Assembly (NCBI RefSeq): GCF_006345805.1
Contig: NC_042997.1
Coordinates: 187,798,001-187,862,000, forward strand
DNA: 64,000 bases
Source of the DNA: Octopus sinensis
Lineage: Eukaryota
Direction of reading: 5' to 3'
A model generated the notes under the pieces. The model ran no database searches. It saw nothing but the letters and a program-made list of their open reading frames with translations, and was not told where the DNA came from. Positions 36,941-51,347 of this stretch are shown here, in pieces (position 1 is the first letter of the stretch; each line of letters starts with the position of its first letter). Made by a program: the position numbers and the translations under genes.

Positions 36941-38365
36941 CTCGCATACGCAGTTTGTATAATAGTTAAAGGAAATAAATCACTTCGTACTAATACGTCC
37001 TTAATCTTAAAGTAATATAAACTATGCAGCATCTTACTCTGTCAATTAGTGCTTAATTAGATAACACAATTTAAAATGCTTGTGACAATCAGGTTTTGTT
37101 TAGTGAATTTAAATCACTTCACAATATGCGCGCGTGCGTTAATAATTATTCATTAGTTGAATGGAAACTTTATGAAACAGTGCGTGTATGTGAGTGTGAG
37201 CGTGAGTGTGCGCGCGCGCTGCATTGTTAACCCAGCTATATCTTACTAGATACATTATCCGCATAATTCCATGAATATGTGTTGTGTTGTGCGTTTCTAA
37301 ATTAGCATGACTTGATATCACATTTGATGTGGAGATATACAGCAAGTAAAGGGTCAATAACAGGTTAGAGAAGAAAACTTAAACTTCATTGACCTGTGGT
37401 GGTGTTAACCAAAGAGAGGATATTGGAGTGACTGGAGGTGACTGACAATCTTAAGGTCAGTGCAAAGGTAATAAATAGGCTCAGATTTTCTCACCAGCTT
37501 TTTGACAAATTTGAACACGCAAACTGTCTATTTCTACCAATGTTCCACGGGCACGACAGTTTATGTATAAAATGAACCGGCTGCTGTCTAGAAAATTTCT
37601 GCTGTCCTTTTCTAGGCCGCAAATGTTTCATTTATATTATTGCAAATAAAGCACAGTATTTTCCAAATCATTTTTTTTTTCTTTTCATTCTTCTGTTATA
37701 GTTGTATTCGCAAATTTAGAGTGATTGACCGGTTCTTGATTTTTATCTACTCCACAGCAACCCAGGTGGGATTTGAATTCAGAATGCAAAGGTCGTCTGC
37801 AAGGAATTTTGTCCAGCGCTCTAACGAGTGTGCCAATCCTACTCTTTTAAGATTTCACACCCGTCGAAAGGTGGTGAAAAAGTTATAAAATGACGAGATT
37901 CCATTGGAACAAAAATTCATATCAAGCGATAAAACAATTCGAAAACGTTTACGACATGCTATTGGCATTTAATTTACTGCCTATTAGACTCATCAGTGAG
38001 ATGATGTGTTACAATGCGACAGTAAAACCAAGTGAACAAAAGAACATTTTACCAAGCCGCCCTGACGAAAAAGTCATTAGCTAATGAACTCCTAGATACA
38101 CTGTACGTGAAAACAATCAGACGAAATAGTCACGGCTGGAATGCTTTCGATTCTATCTTTCTCCAATCAAGACCTTTCAAGGCAGGTTGCAGAAATAATG
38201 TAGCCATCTAATCTTGTGGCTCTTTTGCTGAGTACATTTTCATCTTATGTGATGTAGAACCGAATATGGATAATTTTTTAATAATCTTTTGTGTTTGTAA
38301 CAAATTCAGCTACAAGTTTATTGTCGAAAGAATAATGAAATAAACTGTAACAATTATATATCAGT

Positions 38366-38367
<2 letters not shown>

Positions 38368-38449
<82 letters not shown>
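38368..38449. repeat. Compound (TC)n(AC)n microsatellite
   Basis: Direct reading. Confidence 0.97.
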
Positions 38450-38450
<1 letters not shown>

Positions 38451-39236
38451 ATATTCATATTTTCTTTTTTGTCACAGTGTACACGCAATTTCTGGAATAT
38501 TTTCATATTGTTATGTAGAAATGTCTCATCTTTGGTATGTATCAGTTAGCAAGATAATCACCACCACTCCCCTCAACATCTATGGGGGTGGGGTGTAACA
38601 AGAGATTGTCCACTAGGTAGGTATGGCTTTATACTCGTCTGGAGAAGGAAATAAAACTGCATCAAAACAACACATGTCTAATGTGGGAGTAGGAAATTAA
38701 ACGAAGTCATTTTCATAATTTAGGTTAACTTATATATAGCAATATACTCATAACAACGTGGTCACTTCAAATATCGTAACACTGAGTAACTGTTTGTTCT
38801 ATGAACTTGATGCAACTCCTTCAGCCCATCTGATTAGTAATCCCTAAAGAATTTAAACAAAGACAAAAATTATACTTCATAACTTAAGAAACAAGCACGT
38901 GTTAAGCCGCTGATAGGAATTCTATTAGGATCTCACTTCAAAATGTGAATGCTAGTCTTCAATATAAACATTTTCTGAAATCCTACAAAATTCTTGTGCT
39001 CGGGTACTTGTTGGTACTGTCCGCCACTTCCATAAACAAATATATTTTTTGCTTGTGACTGAGGAAAAAATAATGAAGCGTAGCATCGAAATATTTAAGC
39101 ACACGAAACAAAGGTTCACTAGATTTTACATCGAAGGATTATTCAGTTAAGCGTTTAGTAGAAATTATGTCGATACGATCGCTAAACTTGCCAACGATTA
39201 AAATGTTACAGTTTCACAAAAGCAGCCCTTAATTTT

Positions 39237-39293
39237 TTTATTTATGTTTTCATTTGCTTATTTATTTATGTTTTCATTTGCTTATTTATTTAT
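39237..39293. repeat. 24-bp tandem duplication
   Basis: TTTATTTATGTTTTCATTTGCTTA x2 plus a partial third unit. Confidence 0.9.
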
Positions 39294-41049
39294 TGCTTTT
39301 CAGAAGGCAAACACGCAACTCTCTACGTACCAGTCGATATCTGCAAAAGTGAATGTTCTATAATGTCTAGATATGTCAATTCAAACAAATTTTTTATTTT
39401 AATTGTTTTATTTTTTTATCAATCTAAGTTTCCAAAATTAACTTAGAGAAAAACAACTTAACACTTTGGATAATATTAAAAGAAGTCGACTAAAAAAAAA
39501 TAAAATAAAATAAAATATTTTACTTCAAAGAGTCATGACGTTTGTAAAACAACTTTGAATAGATTATAAACATGTGTTGAGGAAGAGTTTACAGCGTATT
39601 AGAATAGATTTTCGTCAAACGGATAGACTGCTTATTCACTTTCCTGACATAAGGCAAGTTGTTAACTCTACAATTCTTTTCTCAGAGGATCGTTTTAAGA
39701 GCTTTACCTAAAGAAACAATGTTCACACAAGCATGTACATATACTCAGATGGGATCAATCATCAGCAGAAAGACGAGTAAACAATGTAAAAGCACAATGG
39801 CTGTTCATCTTTTTGCACTTATGTATGGTTACATAGGCAAACATATACATACACTCAAACACAGAAATATATTTACAAGCCCAAGGGTATTAACAATGTA
39901 ATAAAAAAAATCCTTATCTTCTGAAAAAAGGTGCTAGTGTAATGCAAATAACTCTTCCATGGGCAACATAATTAATGTCCAGCAACAAGACGAAGCCTAG
40001 CCCTTGACAATATATGTATGTATGCATGTATGTATGTACGTACGTATAAATACACGCTTACCACAAAAGACAAACTGTGAGATCTAGCATTTTGTAGATT
40101 ACTATAGAAGGAAGGGAGACTTTAATTGCGTGTTCATATGTAAGGAATTTATAGGACAAATTGCTTCTTTGAATATTGTAGCTATCCTGGTTCAGTGCTC
40201 ACGAATGGGACTAGGTTTTGTCTCCATAGGAAGATGTTTTCGTGGTCACCCTTCTAAGTAACAAGCATGATGCGAATTGTATGTGGATGATAATTATCTC
40301 CAGAGAATTTACGAATGGGGAAAGATAATAACATCTGTATGCAGTAGCTTTTAAGAGATAACTTTACAACTAATTATCGAATTTTTCTAAAGCAGATATT
40401 TTACTTTATACTTCATGGTAGAACAGATAAAGCGTCTATTGACAATTTGTAAAGGAAACTGTAAAAAACTTTTTCTCTAGTCAACAAAGAATTTAAATGG
40501 AAGATAACATAGGTGTAAGAGAAAGTATTTTTGATACTGATTAAAAAAGTGCTCGGTGTTTCAGTACTATGTACAAGTTTGGAAGGTGATGCAACATAGA
40601 ATCTGCTTTGCATGTTCAAGTAGACTACATGATTGATTGAATGAAGAGATCAATGCCTCCGTTTCATGGGTATGATTAAACAACACCCTTGATACGGAGA
40701 GAATAAAGTGGTCATCATAGCAGCTACTATATTTGTCGCGTTAACATATTTGGGATTTTCACAAAAACAAAAACAAACAAAAAATGGACAATATTTGTCT
40801 ATCTAAACCCATTTGAAGACCATACCAGATCTGTCCAACATGATGAAACTCTAAAAGGCGGATTGGCTTCCATAAATAATGAAATAGCTATGTAAGTGTG
40901 CAGTTGGTGGAGGCGCTGGACCTTCTACGGATCCTGAATACATTACTGAAAAAAAAATTTGTTACATAATTTTTGTAGTATAAATTTCTGGTAGAACTAC
41001 TTTGATGGGCTCCCAAATTTATCGCAACAAAGTGGGTATAAAAAAATGG

Positions 41050-41950
41050 GTTGTCACATGTCTAAAAAATACACTTCCTACTGTAGCCAACACTGTTCTG
41101 GAGTGGGGAGACAAAACTCCTCGACTTTTTGGTGCTCTGCCTTTTTGTCAGCCCCTGATGCCTCTGGAGCAAGCAAACAAGATGATTTCTTTCGCTCTGG
41201 CTACCCTTGTATTTACAGCCGATGGTGAAGCGGCAACTAGGATTTTCATGTCAAGGCTTTTCGTTTCTGTAACTGCCTATTTGTCCGCTTCCCTCTTTTC
41301 TCTTCTGTTTTTATTCCTCTTCTGAGTAGAAGACCTCAAATGGCATTTTAACATGTATAAGACCTAGGCCTTCTTCCTTGCACCACCAATCTACGCAATA
41401 CAACTCCAGAATGGCCTTCTGATCTTCGAAGGTTATCAGGATTTCCATGTTTACGCAAATCATACGCGACCATAAGTTGTTGCGAGTAATTATCGCGATC
41501 GTCATTTGTCCGTGCTGCGCCATAAACGTGACGACGTGCCAATGGTTAACATCCATACCAATATATCAGACTATAGCCTTGAGTTTTGTCTCCCCGTGGA
41601 TTGTATGACCAGCTTGTAGACAGGTAGGTGATCGGCGTACCTGTTTCGCCTGTTTTTTTGCCTCATCGTCAATCTTCAAGACCAAACAAATACTTCCATA
41701 ACACCCTACTTAGATTGATGGAAACAAGCATCGTATCATATACAGGCTAGAATTTCTTTTAACTGTACACGCGAGAGCATATGAAAGCTCCTTCCAACTG
41801 TTTTTTTTTTTTTTATAGTCATAGATATGTCACTTTCCTTTTGTTCTTTCTGCGAGGAATTCCTCGGGAATTGAGGTACTGGCATTTGTAACATACCTCC
41901 CGCGCTATTCCCCCTCCCCCGAGAACTGAGCCACGCCTCCGTCTACTTTA
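41050..41950 (-). mobile_element. Probable Tx1/L1-like ORF1 (gag-like) remnant
   Basis: CpG-rich, frameshifted minus-strand frames including VVQGRRPRSYTC (resembles the degenerate VEGRRPxCxxC zinc knuckle of Tx1 ORF1) and an N-terminal SYA motif. Confidence 0.4.
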
Positions 41951-43259
41951 CAACGCTTTAAAACTTTGTGTTGCTTAGGCTTTCGCTACTTACGTTTGTT
42001 AAGACGTGAAAGCATTCCTGTCAATTTTCAATTTATCCCTATTTTTGAATTGACGTTTCACAGTTTAAAAAACTTTTTTGAGAGTATATTCGCTGCTACC
42101 ATATTTATGGCTAACACCTATTCTCGATCCTCTCGAGGAAACCATATTAAATCACGAGTAAACAGTGTTTACAATTATGAAATATAAAAAATATCCAAGG
42201 ACAAACCGTATTTACCACCTTAAGATAATGGGGCGGGTGCTCAAATTTCATACATCCTTTGTTAGCAGAATAAGACAAACTTCTTTTCCATTTAATTAAA
42301 CGTAGTAAAGTGAAATCTTCCCCTAAGCTATGTTAAAGACGCCTGCACAGCGCCAAGAACAGCAATAACAAAAATTATAATAATTCAGTTCAGGATAAAA
42401 TTTCCAAAATGATATATGTAAATCTGTCAAATAATGTTCTTGAGAAAAGTTAACAACTGCTTTCAGGTTGGTAGAACAGATAAGAAATAACAAGCTAACC
42501 ATATTGGCAAGTATACGATGCAAAAGGGGGAATTTTATCCGCCATGTTATGAGAACATAACTATATGCATATTTTATTCCAGCTCTTTCTCGACTATGTT
42601 GATATTAAATATATATATACGCATATATATATAATCCAAATAAGACAAAAAAAAAAGATTTTAACACATCCTTAATGATCAGTTACAACTGTTTACATAC
42701 CAACTCTGTATTCAACGTCAGTTCCTAGTGAAAATTTACGTAATATTTGCAGTTTTAAACGTAAGAGTGGCACTTCTTCAGACCTGGATCAAAGGTGCGC
42801 TCTTACATTATGCTCCTGCCAGACTTTGTGTTTTGTTGATATCAGGAGGAAGCAAAAAGTTTATAAAGATGAAAATGTAAAGAGACTATATAGAGAGGGC
42901 AAGTAAAGTATCACTAGCAAAATAGATTAAAAAAATATAATTATGGGATGAAGAAGTAGTAGAAGAGGAAGAAGAGAGAGAGATGAAGATCAAGGAGGAG
43001 GAAGAAGAGAACAAGAATAGGAGTAGAGGGAGAAGAATAAAGGATGAAAGAGAAAAAGAAAACGAATAATTGGAAAGAAGAGGGGTGATCTGAACAATAA
43101 CGAGTGATCTCCACAATTGCCAGTAGTAAATTACAATGGACAAGTGAAAAGTGATTTTGGTGTAGAACCGTAAATATCTAGCGATAAAATAAAGGAAATA
43201 ACAAAGAGAAAAGGAAGGCTGATGGTAAAAACAATAAAAACGACTGCAACAATAATAAT

Positions 43260-44790
43260 ATTCTCTTTATTAATCACTAAAAGCTCACAAAAATATTGGA
43301 GATGGTGCAGTACAATACAATGTAGGGTTACATAAAAAGCGTGTAAAAAATAAAATATCAAATTATAACAATGAACAATTCCCCAAAGGAAGGAGACTTC
43401 TTAGGGCTGAGACCCTCACAAAAACCATGGTCGTCCTGACCACTAGGCCAAGTACCCTTTTCACATTGTCCTTCTTCAACTTATAGGGGTTATGCTTAGG
43501 GTAAGCCCGTTCATTCGAACCATTCTTGCAACATTTACTCGCCTTTTAACAAATTTACTGGGAGGCTGCACTTCCCTCTTCACCTTCACTTTCCTTTTCT
43601 AGTGAAACTTAAAAAAGTTGATGAGGGCTTGGCTAAAGAGGAGAGTATCTGTTTTCAGCCCTTTCAATCTGGTCCCCCACACAACCTCTTTCGATAAGGC
43701 CACTAGACAAAGAAACACTGCCTGTCCTTCCTGGCCAAATGAAGGCGGGGGAGATCTTCACGATGGACTCAGCTGATAGCCGTATCCGTCCTACACGCGA
43801 CAGTAGGTGTTCGACATAAACCTACAAGTCAGTAATGCTCGGGTACTGGATGAGAACGTGCAGAACAGTTTTGCCGATCTGTCCGCACCTCAAGCAAACC
43901 CGGCTGACGGCACTTCCATACCTATATAGTTTATCCCGAACCGGCAATGCCACCCCGCCCTCGTAGCACCACCAGACCAGGGATTTCAGGAATTTATCCA
44001 TGAGCCCAGGCCCAAAAGTCGTTCGGAATAGACCAACCAACTCATTCTCACCGATGCCTAGAGTCCCCCTAAGAACGTCGTCGTACTTGCCCACCACTAA
44101 CCTGCTATAGAACGCCTGAGTGGAACTTCCACTGACCGCATTGCCCGACTGACAGAGGACTGAGAGTACCTAACAACAGCCTAGGTGCCAGGCGCTCTGC
44201 CTCAGTCTACGCTTGACCCAGGATAGCAGCTCAGACAAAGAGACGAGCTGTGGAAAATTGTGTCTGACAAACGTCGACCACACCTGCTCACAGTCTAGGA
44301 AGCACTGGAGATGACGCAGCCTCGGCGCATCAGCAGCCACGGTATGCCTAGCCCTTCCTTTAAGGTGGCGAGCTGGTAGAAACGTTAGCACGCCGGGCGA
44401 AATGCTTAGCGGTATTTCGTCTGCCGTTACGTTCTGAGTTCAAATTCCGCCGAAGTCGACTTTGCCTTTCATCCTTTCGGAGTCGATTAAATAAGTACCA
44501 GTTACGCACTGGGGTCGATGTAATCGACTTAATCCGTTTGTCTGTCCTTGTTTGTCCCCTCTGTGTTTAGCCCCTTGTGGATGGTAAAGAAATAGGTATA
44601 CCTAGCCCTTCCATTCAGCGGGTGTTGACAGCAAATGGAGCACCTGACCAGTGGAACGCGTCTCTCCCACAGAAAGCGGAAGAGTACGTGTTCCAGTTTG
44701 GTCAGACGTAAACTGGGATAAGGCACGACGGTCAGTGGAATACGAATATTCGTTAATGATGATGGTGACTAAAGGAAAGTAGCGTTGTGA
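43260..44790 (-). mobile_element. Tx1/L1-like LINE ORF2 3' fragment, split by a SINE
   Basis: KLEHVLFRFLWERRVPLVR..ICCQHPLNG and ALPVRDKLYRYG..CLRCGQ..TVLHVLIQ (zf-RVT-like CCHC); AATAAA at 43266-43271 on the minus strand. Confidence 0.85.
44359..44594 (+). mobile_element. Full-length young SINE family 1 with 18-bp TSD
   Basis: TSD GGTATGCCTAGCCCTTCC (44341-44358) / GGTATACCTAGCCCTTCC (44595-44612); A- and B-box-like motifs; CpG-rich. Confidence 0.96.
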
Positions 44791-46586
44791 GTGGTGGAGG
44801 AAGAATGATGAACATAGGCAATAAACCACATGGGTAAATTGGAAGGGATGATGAAGCTAACCAGAACTATTCCTGGTGACCCCAGAATCTGACATGTCAA
44901 CGCTTAAAGGGAAAATAGTTAATAGGCGCGGTGCAGACCCAATGAGTTAAAGCAAAAACCTAAAATAACGGAAGAAACTAAAGTGCGGTATAAACTATTT
45001 AATATGTTAGTGTTGAGCGAACAAAGAGCTGATAATGACATAAAGTAAATTAAAATTAGAATTAAAACAACCCTAGGAACACTAGTATAGAGCCAAGGGA
45101 GAACAGTAGAAATTAGAAGTAAAGAGTAAATACTTATTACTTGGTTAGTTATAAAGATATTAAAAATCACTGTAAAGAGAACGGTAGGAATAAGGAATGG
45201 GAAGTAGAGAGTGAACTTTTAATACGTAGCTATATATATAGGAATAGATATTAGAAAATCCTGAATTAGAGAAGTACAGATTACGGTAGGTTATGGTGAA
45301 TGGAGTGAAACTGTTGGATATAGTCAAATTGATTCGCAAAATATGCATTTTATAAAAGGAAGTAACAAATCTGAAAATCGGCTATAATAATGTAGTTTTC
45401 CAGTCTTATATCTATGACGGTATGATGTTGTGGAGAAAAAATTGAATGAAAAAGTCACAGAGGTTTAAAAATCGAAAAAAACTGTATTTTTAGCCAATAG
45501 CCAAGCAGAAATTTTCTGCGTCTAGCGGAGCGGTGTCAACTTTAAGGGTGCACCCTGTGAATGTGAAATTTATAGTTTAGCGTCTGCGAAATGACCTGTT
45601 CATTGTAGGTTTCTAAATAAACAAATGCCTAATAAAATCAACATGTATCATCTTACTGTTTCTTTTTGTCTCATCATTGAATCTATGTTTTTTTTTTTTT
45701 ATTTGTTATATTAATATATTTGTCTGCATGTGTTACTTTATTCGTATTTCAGTATTATGTACACCTGTCATGTATTTGTGTAATCATTAATATATATGTG
45801 CGCGTGTATGTGTGAAGGGGGCATCTGTCTCCATAACTTCAAAGTTGAGTAACGTTTTCATACTTGGATTTGTAAACTAAGATAAGAATAACACTGGTCA
45901 ACAAAGAATTTGTCCCAAGAAAAAGAATGCCTGTATCTTATATGTTTTTGCATGCAGAATTCAAAAATAGTGTCACGTTATCTGTATCACTCACAGTTTT
46001 TCTGTTCCACGATATCCTTCTGAGTTCCTGTTACATAGGCTAAATTTCAGTCTAGCTGTTGAAATGTGAAGTTAACTGTTTAAGAAATACTCCCAATTTA
46101 AATGTTTATGAATAGAATTAACCTAATAAAATCCAGCTATCTGAGTCAATGAGTCCCTGAAGCTTGGTAATACTGAATCGATAAGTTATTGATGTTTTGT
46201 CAGTACTGTGCTAAGTTCCTATATTCCATTCACTTGCATAATGCCAAGAAACTGTATAAGCATCGCAAACAACTTTTGCTATATATGAAAAATATGTAAA
46301 ATATTAAGACAATTGACGAAAAATATCTCTAATAAAATTCTATTCAATAAATATAAATTTTTATCAAAACAAAATACGTGGGTGAAGTAAATCTCGTGGT
46401 GTGAAGAATCAACACAACATACGGGTGAAGTGAAACAGGCAATACTTTATTTTTTTAAATCATTTTCAAGTGAATACCATTACAAGATTGGGAGGGGGGG
46501 GGCGTATATTAAAAAAATATTTTTTTAAGCGAAAATACGGTAAATATTTCGTAAAAAACCCGTTCCTAACCTCCGACCATGGGTTA

Positions 46587-46759
46587 CCGAGATACGCGGT
46601 TGTTTCGGGTACCTTTATAAATAACCAAACCGGCGTATAATGGGGGGGAAATGCTTAGAAAGTAAGGTACCATTGAAATGTGAATACACACGGAATAACA
46701 GATGTTTCGTGTAAATCGGACCACGGATTTCCGAGATACGCGGTTTTTTCGGGTACCTT
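46587..46759. repeat. 29-bp direct repeat pair (period 144), likely DNA-transposon subterminal repeats
   Basis: CCGAGATACGCGGTT(G/T)TTTCGGGTACCTT at 46587-46615 and 46731-46759. Confidence 0.8.
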
Positions 46760-48270
46760 GATCCTGCCTAGCCTTAATGTATGTATATATGTATGTATGT
46801 AGGTAGGTAGGTAGGTAGGTAGGCAGGCAGGCAGACAGACAGACAGATTTTAAACATCTTTTTTATAGATTTATAAAAATTAAAGTTTCGCTGGTGATTG
46901 GCTTCGTCAGACGAAACCAACCAATCTCTTCCCAGTAAAAGTAAATTTAATGCTCTACTTAAGTATACTGTACAATGTTTCTTTTTAGTTGATGTTTGTT
47001 TTATGATTTTACATAAAACACAAACACCTATACATACATACATATTTTCATGCATACATTCATTAATTTGTTGTGCAGCTGTATGGCAAAGGAGAAACTC
47101 GTCTTACTATGAATCACCATTTTGTTTCATTAATGAAATGAAAGGAATAAAATATATTATCTTCGTGCATTTATTTGATAGAACTTTCTTTTAATTTTAC
47201 TTTTAATCGAGTGTGTGTGTGTGCGCTCTTGTAGAATAATCCAGACTTTAGTAAACCTGATGTTGCTTTTGAGAAAAGTTCCCAGGAACAGTATAAAGAT
47301 AAATTACGCCCTTTTTTTTTTATTTGCCAAAGCAGTGTTATATATATATATTTTCTTGTTACCATAAAACTGAAAAACGCTTCGATTACATTTTGTAAAG
47401 TGGTCCCTACTTTGGAATCAAGGGAATTCTATGAGAGTGAAAGTCAGCTCATTTATATAAATGCGTATTGATGAAGCGTCGTATTTGATAGACTACATTT
47501 TTATGCGTATTTGATAGACTGCATTTTTATCAACATATACTACATATGCGTATTTGATAGACTACATTTATCTCCTCAGAATGACTTCTTTTCACTAGAA
47601 ATGTAAACGTTACAGAAAATAATTTTTATCAAAGATCAGTATATTCTCGCTCGCACTATGCATGGCAATGGGTGTAATAACTAAGGAAGTTCCAGGGAAA
47701 CTTATTTGCTTTCATCTCATGTTTGCTAGAATCAAAATAGATTGCACCCATATAATTTCGCTAGCATCAAACTGTTATAACAGTTTGGATACAACCTTTG
47801 GCTTTGGAATGCAGATGATTGAAAATTTATATCCCTTTTTTTTTTTTTTTTTTTTTTTCATTAATATAATTTTACATTGTAGTTGTTCTTTAACATAGAC
47901 ACGTTTTGTGGAGATCATTTAACACGTTCATTATTTGTGTTAGCGCAAAATGCTGCTAAGGATGCAACATCTACTCTGTGGAGTCATGTTCTACAGTCTC
48001 CAAGTTATCTCGTGTAATTGGACGGTGGTTTTGTTTTCCTATTTTCTATGAATCGAAACGTCTGGACAAAAATGTCATCTCCTAAATGATTGTCACAGGT
48101 CAAGATTTGAAGTTAGGCAGATTAGACTCATAAAATGATTACTATGTGACATGGTAAAGGGATATAATTACTTAAGGTACTTGAAACTACCAATCTGCTC
48201 CTTCAAATGTAGCTACAGAAATTTATACACAGACAGAGAAATATATTGGTGGTTAAAATAAAGAAACCCT

Positions 48271-48381
<111 letters not shown>

Positions 48382-49289
48382 AGATGCTCTCAGAATCACC
48401 TAAAAAAGGCATCAATTTCATATGTAGCACTGACAGTATACTTTGCACGCCTGGCTGAAGCTCAACTTCCTGAGACAGTCATTTATTTCGAACTATAAAC
48501 TGGGTCCCGAATACATGGAAATCAAAAATAGAGATACACACTGAAACGATGCAAGACACCTCAGACCTATCTTAAGAAACTGGCAAAAACTTGCATTGGC
48601 AGGCGCTCAACCACAATCTTACGATCATGAGTGCAAAACCTTAACTACTAAGCCATGTTATTTCTCCCTCCCTCTCTCTCTATATATATATATAGAGAGA
48701 GAGCGACAGATAGAGAAAGATAGGGAGAGAGAGAAACAGATAGAGAAAGAGAGATAGGCAGACAGACAGAGAGGTATAAGCATGGAAGTATAAGTAGTTT
48801 CATTCAAATATTATTTAAATAACAATCCATTGGGAATGCTTCAGAGCCCAGCACAGTTCTGTTTGCGACTGAAGGCATGGGCAATAGGATTAATTTCTAA
48901 TAAAGTAATGGGGTTGTTTCACTTAGCAAGCGTTTCTGATTACAATTAAAATATACTCTTGTTCTTGTGCGTGAACACCCCTAAAGTGCTTGCAAAAAGC
49001 AAGACAAGCCGAAATTTCGAAAATATATTTTAATGAAACATTAGACATTAATCAAATGTCCCTCTAATGAAGGCAATTTTAAGGAAATATTGGGATTAAA
49101 GTAATAGCTTCCTCTTGCCACGAAACATCTTTGGAACCAGATTATGTCGCCTTGTAATCATTAAAAGAAGGTGCTTTTTATTAAATGGAAGTAGTTTCGT
49201 AAAAATGCTTGATATGATTGATGAAATGAAAATCACTTGATGTGATATCAACTTCAAATAGTGAAGTGAGCAATGTGGATGATGCATAG

Positions 49290-49500
49290 TTTGTTGCTGT
49301 GATAGTTAGTACCAGCTTAACTCTAATCGAGCAAACCAATGATCAACAGCATTCCATCCGTAACTAACCTATCTTATTCTTATATGCAGGGTATCCAGAT
49401 CACATTATTCAACGTGTGTTAAGACAGTAGTGTATGATTTGAGGTTGATTTGGTAGCTATTTCCTGCAAGTCGAGTGATCACGTAGAGGCTCCCTTGTTG
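49290..49500 (-). mobile_element. SINE-like family 3
   Basis: GATCAACAGCATTCCA..TAAGACAGTAGTGTATGATTTGAGGTTGATTTGGTAGCTATTTCCTGCAAGTCGAGTGATCACGTAGAGGCTCCC. Confidence 0.75.
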
Positions 49501-50308
49501 ACCCGAAACATAATTACTGAACTGTCGACCAACGGCAGGATTTGTATGTGCTACCGTACTCAATGTGACGTAACAAAAACCAGGACATATTAACATATAT
49601 TCATAGTTCCTTATACGCTTGCATTTGAAACTGTTGAATCGGTAAATATATTTTTTTAAATAATTATTAAAAACTATGCCTACATATTCAAAGGAACTTG
49701 GCAGCATAAAGATTTGTTATTCATCTGTGAAAGTGCTCAATTACCAGTTAGCGAGCTCACCTGTACTTTTTCATTCATATGACCTTCATTTTCTTTATTA
49801 TATACAGACAAGTGGTTCTTGTCCTCTGTCTGCATGTTTCTCAAGAACTGCTGGATTTCTAACTCAAATTGCGCTATATATAATCAAAGGCCGTTCCCGA
49901 GCATTAAAGAAAATTTTTGTGCATCTGGTGTGTTTACAGAAAAAAACCCTTCGAAACCCAATATCTTGATCTTAATTGATGTTTTTCCCACTAAATTTTG
50001 TTTATTAGTGTCAGAAGATTGAACTCGATCTAAATTCTTTGTAAAAACTGATTTGCCACCTTGTTTCAAGTGTGTAATCTGCCTGTCGATGTTTCTTCAG
50101 GTGAATAACAAATGCAAAATGTTTCAAGCCATTACTCGCCAGAAAATTCCTTATTCTTCTGTATATAACGCTCTTCATCATTCTCAATTGAGATATATAA
50201 AGAATAAGAGAACGTATTGATCAGCGATAGGAATGAAGCTCATTCAACCTCAAAGATATCAACATATGGTTGCAACCTATTCGTTATGAGAGAAACAGAG
50301 AGAAATTA

Positions 50309-50682
50309 TGACGGTGGCGGCGACGATGACGCTTCTAATGATTACGTAATTCAGACGTGATCATAGGACTTTATACAATTATTGACATTAACAATGACGT
50401 AGGTTGGCAATTTTGGGTCAGTAAAATAAGAATAAGACCACTGGTCTACGTAAATGTACACGGTATATTGACGTCATAGAAGCCAATTAACCACAACAAA
50501 ACTCTGCTCAGTCAGGACTGACTTGAGCTATACAATCCCAAAACTTTTCTCTTTGTGCGCACGTGCATGTGCGCAAGCGAGTGTAGGAGTGTAGGTCACG
50601 TTGTACTGTGCTCCAACCTGTTAAACAGGAAATGCTTAAAATTTACAGTTGACCTCAGACAAAAGAGACGATTGCTGAGTCA
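50309..50682. promoter_or_regulatory. Putative enhancer: CRE/bZIP motif cluster
   Basis: TGACG (50309, 50327), ATTACGTAAT (50341-50350), GACGTG (50354), TGACGTAG (50395), TACGTA (50447), perfect TGACGTCA (50469-50476), CCAAT (50483), CACGTG (about 50559), TGAGTCA (50676-50682). Confidence 0.5.
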
Positions 50683-51299
50683 TTGATCATGTTGAATTAT
50701 TTTTTTTCTCTCTCCTCAGTTATGTGTTTTTTGTTGTTGTTGTTTTTTTTCTTTTCTAATGTTTATCCTTGTTTAACGTTTCATAGTATGTACACGAGGA
50801 ATGTTTGATGTTAAAATGCCTCCAAGCAGAAGCTATCATAGAATGAGAACTGAAACTTCCTTCCATATACATATCAGAAATCTTTATAATTATTCGGAAT
50901 CGAAGTAAATCGTTCATTCTTGAACGAGTGCGAAAGATTAATTTTCACATTGTCAAACAGATAGGATTACTGACCAAATATACACTCGAAGCAGTTGTAG
51001 CCAAATCCAAACAGCTAATTTTATCATATAATCCATAACTAAACAATGAAAATTCAGTACTACTACACTTCTTTTTCTGTACAGTAATGACCTATTTGCT
51101 GTTTATCTATAACAACACATATCTATGCAAATGATACCACTCTTCACTCCTACTTAACCTTCCGCATATATGTGACAAATTACGAACGACCTAAACTCCT
51201 AGCGCTAAACACATACTGAATCCATGAACAATGGCTTTCAGAATACAATTCCAAGGGGACACGTAACTAAGTCACTTTCAATAGGACAAAGATATAATC

Positions 51300-51301
<2 letters not shown>

Positions 51302-51347
<46 letters not shown>

